Below are positions 32,201 through 40,000 of a stretch of 64,000 nt of DNA, piece by piece. The number at the start of each line of letters is the position of its first letter. Position 1 is the stretch's first letter. Position numbers and translations under genes: made by a program. The stretch lies in assembly GCF_000981445.1 (NCBI RefSeq), contig NC_027217.1:2666001-2730000 (forward strand), read 5' to 3'. The notes below the pieces were generated by a model. The model was not told the origin of the DNA, did no database searches, and saw nothing but the letters and a program-made list of their open reading frames with translations. Source of the DNA: Babesia bigemina. Taxonomy: Eukaryota.

Positions 32201-33603
32201 TTGATACAAGATGGCTAGCATCCCCATGTCAGTGACTGGGTTGTGCTTCACGTAGTTGTGGACCACTAGATCCAGCGACCTTATCGCCGTGAAGTCGAGG
32301 GAGTCCATGGTGTGTCTTTTGTTCTTTACTGTCCTAATCACACCAGGCTCCCTCAACCTCTGTGCCATGATCCGGTCGAAATCCTCCTGCAGGGCGTTGT
32401 ATGAGTCGACGTCGTGCAGCGATGCTATTTCTCCAACGTCCGTCGGTTGGCTCCGCGCTGCTTTGGCGACTACCTGTCTTGCCATCTGCTCCACCTCCTT
32501 GTGGGTCTTGTGGAATTCGAAATGCTCGTTGGCATATTCCGCGAGGACTTTCCATCCTCCTCGTGGCATCCTCTGATACTTCGTCACTACTGCCTTGTAG
32601 ACGTCCGGTACCCAATGACACCATGGTCCATCGATCTGACGCATGACACAGTGCAGGAACTGTAACTTGGCATTCAGCCTAGCGTAGTTCGGCGGCATTT
32701 GTGGCGTGTTCCCGGCCCGTTCAGCCTGCGGGGCGTGCCCTTCGGGTGCCCTCGGCAACGCAGCCGTCTCAGTGAGCGCCACCTCACTGGCGGTGCCCGG
32801 TGCTATACTGTTGTTTGATTCTCTCACAGGCCCGACTTGCTCAGGTTCCTCTTCGTCCACGTCCATAAAGTCATCCGACGATATGGAATACACGGTCGGA
32901 GAGCGGCAGCCACCGTTTCCGACAACCTCCCCTGCCGGTGGCTGCAGGGTAGACAGTGTCTGCACACACACGGGTGCGCGTTCCGAGGAACTCGGCCCGG
33001 CGTTGCAAACCACGACAGGCGGCGTTTGAGCCGTGTTTCCTGTCTTTTTGGCCTTCCGGTTGTTACCCTTTTGGCCCTGGGGACCGCCGTTCCGCGCTTT
33101 GTTTCCAGCGCCCTTCACAGCCGGAGTGGTTCCGGGCTGGTGTCGTTTCCGGCTTGCCTGCGGGATTGGCCGGCTTTCGCCGCCACGGCCGGCCCCCTTC
33201 GAATTTGTGGGTTTACCTTTAGGGCCCTGAACACCGCTTTGTACCGGTTTTCTGGATTCATGCCGCCTTTCGGGTTGCCGACACTCTCGGCGCCCCACGG
33301 TGGCAAGCGGAGCATCGATGTCCATCCCATCGGGGACGTCCACGTCAATAACCATGAGGTCTCCGTCCTCATCGATTTGACTGCTCAGCTGCACTTCTTG
33401 TGAGCTCTCCATTGGTACCTTGTTCGTCTATCCAGCGCGCCTGTGTGGCCGCCTTTCGCCTCGCGATGTTGCCGCTTTAATTCCGCACTTTTGGCCTTCA
33501 ATACACCCCCCAGTGACATCGGAAAAATTTCCTTTCTGTGATAAACCCGAGAAAACACGTTTCTCAAAGTTTCCCCCAAAATCACAGAAGATTCCAACTC
33601 CCC
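29288..33603 (-). mobile_element. Apparently full-length non-LTR retrotransposon, RLE type (R4/Dong-like clade), ~4.3 kb
   Basis: Bounded by the 17-bp TSD. ~190-nt 5' UTR, single ORF, ~80-nt 3' UTR ending in an AT-rich TAACTTAATTTAA tail. No LTRs or TIRs. Confidence 0.93.
29369..33412 (-). CDS. Retrotransposon polyprotein: reverse transcriptase + CCHC knuckle + restriction-like endonuclease
   Basis: 1347 aa, uninterrupted. RT motifs WKSPGADGI, YRPITCMSNLYK, WVDVMKAYDSIDH, GILQGDSLSPLLF, YIDDLK, YKYLG and RLYLPRKEMGRGL. CTRC...DHLATKC knuckle, RHN, and RPDIIL...IVEIGI...KKQKY (PD-(D/E)xK endonuclease). Confidence 0.96.
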   Translation of the reverse strand: MESSQEVQLSSQIDEDGDLMVIDVDVPDGMDIDAPLATVGRRECRQPERRHESRKPVQSGVQGPKGKPTNSKGAGRGGESRPIPQASRKRHQPGTTPAVKGAGNKARNGGPQGQKGNNRKAKKTGNTAQTPPVVVCNAGPSSSERAPVCVQTLSTLQPPAGEVVGNGGCRSPTVYSISSDDFMDVDEEEPEQVGPVRESNNSIAPGTASEVALTETAALPRAPEGHAPQAERAGNTPQMPPNYARLNAKLQFLHCVMRQIDGPWCHWVPDVYKAVVTKYQRMPRGGWKVLAEYANEHFEFHKTHKEVEQMARQVVAKAARSQPTDVGEIASLHDVDSYNALQEDFDRIMAQRLREPGVIRTVKNKRHTMDSLDFTAIRSLDLVVHNYVKHNPVTDMGMLAILYQTAQDCYDKYSAKPSSSSGKKEAAERRIKELEEIGALLLKYKQKVPLEKEDRKRVYRQMDKYNMIADKPQELSYVISRTQEELQKEQDKLKNAKFKKELYNDNRMFELYTGHFYRTLENKQDADESAINEGMMIEYWAQMWVKPNAPHNGEGYLVERPPAENKAGFPTYEEFVTIVKKLRDWKSPGADGIYNYYIKWLTSLHRVIYRLVEEACQQGKVQDDWFYCGITYLLPKNKKPKSAAQYRPITCMSNLYKLTTRCATETLKREVDGRGLRSENQMGTRSNVQGAKEHALANIALNEKHKGKLLATWVDVMKAYDSIDHAYLARVIDNLNLPGWLSNFIKQTIKRWNIEIRWNKNTIMHKKVERGILQGDSLSPLLFVLCLDPLSRHLTRIFPKVELSVTGGRIFATNHFLYIDDLKFFAHEESTMRGMGREVEKFFNDIGLRINRDKSATNTEACASIAKQMEGPETYKYLGVTETSNSLTSDGMFDIILQEICRRTELLAASKLSGKNLSMAINQYALSVINYYIGVIPMDITHFDKIDLAVRRIINAKHGHKKWANTQRLYLPRKEMGRGLHSMVFRAEAMLLRLWLTLSADEVTSTRRAAIMQHFRDTYAHISHIKMHLEGRYGMEFGMEDTTDKSLRDLRVAQNKWLYNRMHVKSTHKVLYAKREDPKLDIEASSLYLTCGILTPEEEANVAEVQDRNLQWMSSSKKCTRCNNGKNVDHLATKCQKLLHLEYTKRHNEVAKRVHSVLGRQIGLPKEKIDAHKIESEVHGKYGWIAYDKTVKTQKTKEYNRPDIILADRRRNTITIVEIGITNQDNLVDTEKFKKQKYEDLIEDLKARQFNQHTKIRVIPYVMTWEGIVTKEHSKYRRDLGISDRMEAHIQRVVIQETHKIVMRDMKPKEDYDSVEDPQAQTGWMPAWMAPVTSGNGPAWIPQPVSA

Positions 33604-33620
33604 CCAATATCACTCCTATG
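33604..33620 (+). repeat. Target-site duplication, right copy CCAATATCACTCCTATG
   Basis: Identical to 29271-29287. Confidence 0.95.
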
Positions 33621-34511
33621 CGGTCAATAATGCTACACAGCATACCACATAGACCGCTGAAACTACATTCGGGCACAGAATTCTCCATGCGGTGTGTTCT
33701 GGATCACACGTTGTACAACGGTGGGAATGACGGTGGCGCAACACCTACCTGGTTCCCATATTATCCTGGTTACTACCATTACAAAGTAGATACGACCGTA
33801 GAAGGAGATATGCTAATTCCAATGCGAAACGAAGGAAGAATCGCTGGCACAAAATGTGGATTAGACATCATTATGCCAGAATCTACGGACGAACATTGTG
33901 ATTTGATGATCAAATCCAATAGCGGCGCAATTTTGGTATCCAGGGATCCAGATCACTCGGAGTACGTGCCAATGACATTCGTTTGCGGTAAGGAGTTTTC
34001 AGAATCAGATTTTGATCAAAGCATCAATGACGCATATGCAGCTGCCATTACCCTGGCTTTAACGCCGTTGGAGGAATACACGTGGAACGTAGTTCAAATT
34101 GACGTAGAGATGACGGACCCATACATGCAAGGGTGCGGAATTACTGAGTCAAGAGATACGTTATTCAAGCCCGAGACACCCAACATATATGACGCTGACG
34201 GAAGAGAAATCGGTTGCAAAATCGACATTCAGACCGCTAAGGAAGCAGCATTCTACTGCCCGGCTCCTTACATCCTCGACCCACCCAATTGCTTCGACCA
34301 GGTCTACGTCAACGGTGAAGTGAAGGACCTAAGCGAGGTCAGCTATTCGTTGGTAGCTTCTCGAACTAATCACTTTGTCACGCTGAAGGTCGACTGCAGA
34401 GTCGTAGGAGCTGGAGAAATGCTGCGCCAGACCCCGCCGTTGGAGTGTCGCTGTGTGACCATCAAGGGTGTCGTTCTCTCAACCATCCAGATTGAAAACT
34501 ACTACGCCTAG
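33621..34511 (+). pseudogene. 6-Cys (s48/45-domain) family gene, 3' part
   Basis: Continues in frame from NITPM as RSIMLHSIPHRP. Contains MQGCG, AAFYCPAPYILDPPNCFDQV and LECRCV. Ends IENYYA* with no GPI-type hydrophobic tail. Confidence 0.8.
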
Positions 34512-35688
34512 TAATACTTAACTTACATTTCGTAACCCATTTGGCGAATAGACACTTTAATTGTCATACTTCACGTTGGTCGATCTGCTGGTTTGTGTAT
34601 TAAGTGGTATCAGGTTTTTGTTGAAATTACTGTAGTTGCATATCCAATAGCACGTTTTAGTCTTTATAACTTCTGTGTAAAACATAATGCCTGGTTAGTA
34701 GATTGAAATGAAAATACGTCTCACTTCTTCGTTATACACTTTCTCCTGTATACATTGGGAAGGTGGGCTGCTACCGTTTCCCTGTATGGTCACAATTCCA
34801 AAAACTGACAACGTCCTTAATACGTAGCAATGAGTAATACGTGGTGCTTAGCGACGGACGACACTTATTTCACCAATGTTGATGAGCGACCACCATTCGG
34901 TGTTTGGCCGTGTCGAACAATGGGTTGCGAAACACACGCCTACTGCCTTAATTCATCGTCAGATGCTCACTATAGACTCTATGTGATGTTATGTAATGTT
35001 GCAGTAAGTCACATTGGTAAATGCAAATTGCGACTGTATAGGTGCTGCCCAACTCAGTGACAGCCCACAGAATGATGGGATGGGCAACAACAAAATCTCG
35101 AAATTTTTATATTGAGATGTTGACCAGTAACACGATGGCAAATATGTTGCGAAGTGGTGAGTCGCCGAAGCAGTTGAACAGCGTTCGGGAAATCTCAGTT
35201 CGACAGGCGGTTAGACACCATCACGGTTGGGATTTGAAGTTCAGTGTAACATTGAGTGATACAGTATTAACAGCAAAACGTTATGTGAGACGCTATGGAT
35301 AGTGTTGCCATCATTTCTAAGTTGAGAACACTAAATAGCCTACTGAAACGCGACGCCGTATTTTGGTAGCATAACATGCGTGCCGGATGACAGGTGGGGC
35401 CAATAATCCAGCAGCATCGCAATCATTTTAGTGATCCATCACGAATGCAACAAAGGCAGTTATTAATATAGCTATCCCATTCTTTTTGGGGTCTAAGAAC
35501 CTGCAATACATTTGCTCAGGTATATGTGAGGCAAGGTAAGCAGCCTACATATACCCCCCCTACGGGACTGGTATCTCTGTACTGCATGACACGCGGTTGT
35601 AGTATGGCTTCCGGCATACGGATGTCGGTGGTCTAACCCTGCGGGAACGGGTTGGCGGTTACAGCGGTAAGGGCACGTGTTTCACGTC

Positions 35689-35862
35689 TGCAGGTTGAGG
35701 GGACTGGGCGCGGCAGTGGTACGTGCTGCAGTTGGTGAGTGTTTGCATAGGTGATTGATATGTTTGCAGGTTGAGGGGAGTGGGAGCGGCAGTGGTACGT
35801 GTTGCAGTTGGTGAGTGCGTTGCTAGGTGATTGATATGTTTGCAGGTTGAGGGGAGTGGGAG
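35689..35862 (+). repeat. 76-bp tandem repeat (~2.3 copies), each full unit carrying a 35-nt GT-AG intron-like sequence
   Basis: CAGGTTGAGGGGA recurs at 35691, 35767 and 35843. GTGAGT...TTTGCAG at 35735-35769 and 35811-35845. Confidence 0.85.
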
Positions 35863-35874
35863 GGGAGCGGGAAG

Positions 35875-36222
35875 ATGTCGAGATTAGGGTGTAACTGTGG
35901 TTCGCCATGTAGAGGCAGTTGTACGTGTTGCTCGTGGTGTTGTACGAAGTGTCAAGGCACAATGTGCAATGCGTGCAAAGATCTCCGATCAGATTCCAGC
36001 ACTTGCTATCGTGAAGGTTGTGGAAAATGTGACTATACCAGTTTGTGGACATGTGACTGTGATTGTTGTCGAAATAAGTTCATCAGCATCGTCATCACTC
36101 TTATCATCCTCCTCTTCATTCTCATCGCCGTATGCGTCATGACCATCTTCCGCATTCGGCCCTTACACAAGGTCCGTGATTTCTGCTCCCGCAAAATGGA
36201 CGGTTTCCGTAGCGCTATTTAG
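35875..36222 (+). CDS. Small Cys-rich single-TM protein (copy 3)
   Basis: 115 aa ATG ORF. CTCCSWCCTKC matches CHCCYWCCKHC of copy 1. TM FISIVITLIILLFILIAVCVMTIF followed by a KVRDF tail, similar to QLRDY. Confidence 0.7.
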   Translation: MSRLGCNCGSPCRGSCTCCSWCCTKCQGTMCNACKDLRSDSSTCYREGCGKCDYTSLWTCDCDCCRNKFISIVITLIILLFILIAVCVMTIFRIRPLHKVRDFCSRKMDGFRSAI

Positions 36223-37015
36223 CCAACTTTTACGAATTATACTATCGCACTTATCTCAATATATTGTGGTCCGACAGTAGATTGTTCGCCTAATGAATTA
36301 TTATTAAATCTTTCATACTCATACATTGTAGGTGTCCACCGAGACCTTTGCGAGATCTGTCGAGACAGCGTAGGATGTGCATTGGCAAAGTTAACGGGAC
36401 TAACCAACGTGGCGGGTTAGACGTCATATTCGGACGTCTGGGCACGCTCCGCATTCGCCTGTACGAAACGCCGTGCTTCCACGTCGAATCTCATGACTAC
36501 CTTTATGTTGTTTGTCACGTTAATAATGCCTCTACTCACTACCTTGGTGTTCAACTCTACCCCGGCGGCACAGAGCAGCCCACCTGACAGCAAACACTTA
36601 CCATAGCACGTAACGTTTAACCAAATGTCTCTCTTTACTGCTCCATCTGCATCCACAATCCTTGTTGACAACGCCCCTCTCCAATCATGCTCCACCCCCT
36701 CACTCTAGCATGGCTGCCTGGGCTTGTCGCCTTCCCTCCCTAGGTGAGTGGTATGTCTATAGGATTCGTGTGATGGTCCACGGATTTTGCAAAGCGATAT
36801 GGATGTGCCATTGTTTCATTACGATGCTTAGTGTGGTCACGCTGCGTCTTACTTCGTAGCCCTTTCACCGAGCACACTTAGTTGTCTGCCATGCTGTATT
36901 AAGCGGCGTCACCTTAGAGGTGTGATCACTGTAGTGTTTCCCAGTTCACATAGTCCTGGAGGCTAGTGGTGAAGTTTTGTAAGGGTGGGTTAGTGGGTGA
37001 CTGGAAGTGGATAGG

Positions 37016-40000
37016 ATGGCGGCTAAGGGTAGCGTTCCTGATTTCAAGACTCTCAAAGAGTGCTTGGAGTTCTTGCAGTGGCTGCATAGTGACAAGAATA
37101 TGCAATACCGGGTGACACGTCGCCTGAAAAAGCTGCTCGAAAAGAAATATGCAAAAGTTAATGAACAGCAAATTGACACAGCGTTGTCTACTTTCCTTAC
37201 AATAGTATCAAAATTTTATACGAAATTATGCCAAAAAGCAGGACATGGCAAAAACATGCCTGATAAAGCTAGAGATGCCTTCTATGCTCTCCTGCAGTGT
37301 ATTCCCAAATTTCTCTCCGTTATGTACTATCTACGGTACAATGTTGACTCGAACTTTGCTGGGGTGGGAGGAGGGAGGTGGGCGAAACAACAGGTTGGGA
37401 CGCTAGCACTGTACGCTAGACTTGGTTCACAGATGGTTGAACGGATGAAATCTACAGCCAGTGACATTGAAAAGTATCTAATTGAGAAAGGGAACTCAAA
37501 TTTCGGTGTCATTCCTGGAGGATTCGATCCAAGCGATTTGAAGCAAATTGGTGATAGAGATAGCTATTCTGAGGGTTCTATTATGCTACATGACCTTATA
37601 AACATCTGCGATAAAAAAGATGGGCAATTATTTCGTGACGTGTTCGTAACGTCGGTGTTGTCTAAGAATTCCGGAGTTGACGTCTCGAACATCGCCAACG
37701 CTCTTAGGATGGTAGAAGACTTCTGTGGAATATTTGAAAACGTGGAGAAAGACGATTTCACAAGTCACGTACAATCGAGGGGTCAATGTATTAATTGGCA
37801 AACATTGAAAGACCACTGTACCAAACTTAAAGAGACTCTTGGTAAAATGTTCAAGCAAGGAGTTTTTTCTTTCACAGGGTATGGGCGTACATATGGATTT
37901 CTTGACAAAAAAAATATTGCTAAAAAGATGGCGAATTGGTTCAGAGCAAATTTAGATGAGGTGAGAATAAATTTGGCGAGAATTACGCCTTTTGACAGTA
38001 AGCAATATAATCTGAAGACACGTAACAAAAAGCTTCCACAATATTATGCCGGACTTGGTGCACATCTCGCCAAATATCTTTTCCCCTACGGATTCACCTT
38101 CGAGGGGAGATCATTTAAAACGGGTACCACTCCGTATGAGGATTTGAAAAAGCATTGGGATGCGGTCATCGGCGACCTTAAGAAAGATGACGGCGGTTTG
38201 GCCACACTTAAGAAGATTCTAGATGGGAATCAGTGCGCAAATGGACAAAAGCAGAGGGAACCTACACCTAAGTCTAAACCTAAGCCTGGGCCTGAGCCTG
38301 AGCCCGAGCCTGAGCCTGAGCCTGGGCCTGAGCTCGAGCCTGAGGATGAGGATGACCTCGCCGATGACGATGAGGTTGATTCTGATGAAGAATTGATGAA
38401 GGAATTATCCGATGAAGAGGATTTGGCTGCTCAAAAAACCGAAGTCACCAAAGCCGAGGCGGCGAAACCCACTGCCACTAAAACCGAGGCGACTAAAACG
38501 GAGGCTGCCAAGCCAGTGGTAACCAAAGCCGAGGCCGCAAAGCCTCAAGCTCAAAATGTCGAAAATGCACAGAACCAGGGCAAGAAAGCGGAGGCAACTC
38601 CAAATCAAAATAACGGTCAAAGTGAAGAAAAGCCTGGGAGTTCACCAGTTGCGCAGGCGGCAGAACATAAGGATTCAAGTGCTCCATCTCCACGCCCTGC
38701 GTCCTCTGGTGCCGATGTTCCCGGTAGTGGTCGGGGCCCGGGTGGCACGGGGTCCACTTCTGACTCTGCTGAACCAGGTAGTGAGGAGTCCCATACAGAA
38801 AAAAACAATGCTAGTACTCTAGCACCCACGGGCCACTCTACCGGTTCAAGTGACGGTGGAGATGGCAAGGGTGGAGGTTCAGAAAAAATGTGCTCTGATG
38901 GTAGCCCGCCCGTTGAATTGTATCCTTATGGTTTTAAGTACTGCCGCAGAGGTGATAAGGTATGGGATGCGTCTGAACAAAAAAAAATGCATGACGATTG
39001 GGATGAAAAAAAACGAAATTACGAGTTAAAATTAGAACGAAACAAGAAGAAAATTGAAGAGAGACTTAGAAGGCAAAAGGAAGCAGAAAATCTTAAAATG
39101 GAAGTTGAGGAACGTATAAAGGAGGATGAACGTCAACTCCAACGTGAAGCTATGCTTCCACGCATTGATGTTGTGTATATGCCGCAAGAGTTATCCGAGA
39201 ATCTGGATGTGGCATATAATACAGCCGCACAAAGACATTTGAATCAATTTGTCTCTCCGATGCCATTCGATATCATCAAGCCAACAAACCGCGATGCAGT
39301 GATCGATGATGATCACGGGACAGGTGAAGTGAATGTAAACGGGTCAGTGTTGGATGGTGCATCTGGCACACAATTTGAGGAATTCGAAGGAAAGCCAGTG
39401 CAGAATTTTGATGAACAATCGAAACGACAACAGGATTATTATTCGGCAGTGGATATCACAAAATCACCTGGTGTTGAGGGGTATGAAATACCGGATCCGT
39501 TTTTTAGTGATAAACGACAGACAGAAATTGATAAAGAATTAGGAAAAAACCAAAAAGATATGGCATCAGAATTGCAATACCAATATTATCAGGGGTTGGG
39601 TGACACACAGTCCAAATGGAAGCAATCCATTGTCGACACAGAACAAGCCGAAAAGAAAGAACGGAAAAGACAGATTGATGCCAGAATACAAAATGTCATT
39701 GAACGTGTTCGAGAACGGAATGAACGGAAAAATAAGGCAGCCCAGAACCTTGACAAAAAGTACGAACAAACAACAGAAAAAATCTGGAAAACTCAACAGC
39801 AGCAAAACCTGGATTACATAGAAGAAAACGTGAAAGATGATGATGCAAAAAAAAGATTGCAACAAAAACGTTTGCGGCATCAAAAGAAATTAGAGCAGCA
39901 AAACATTAGTTCAGACACCCCATCATCTACTGACTCCACCCTTCCAAGTCAGCCCAGCCGGCCTGCTCCCGCACCTTCCGGTCAGATCCCGTTTTCTTCT

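Noticed and set aside
29369..33412. RT as telomerase, group II intron, retron, DGR or LTR element
   Set aside because: The C-terminal CCHC plus PD-(D/E)xK endonuclease, the TSD and the 3' tail fit a non-LTR element. There are no LTRs, integrase, RNase H or intron ends.
29288..33603. Element as host or tick contamination
   Set aside because: It sits between exact TSDs inside a parasite-type gene whose frame is restored on removal, and a diverged second copy lies nearby. Read-level confirmation is still desirable.
33420..34511. 363-aa ORF as an independent gene
   Set aside because: It starts at a TTG inside the retrotransposon 5' UTR, and only the part after the TSD is host coding sequence. 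It is the 3' half of the interrupted 6-Cys gene.
35689..35862. CRISPR-like array
   Set aside because: Whole 76-bp units repeat with no unique spacers, there are no cas genes, and the context is eukaryotic.
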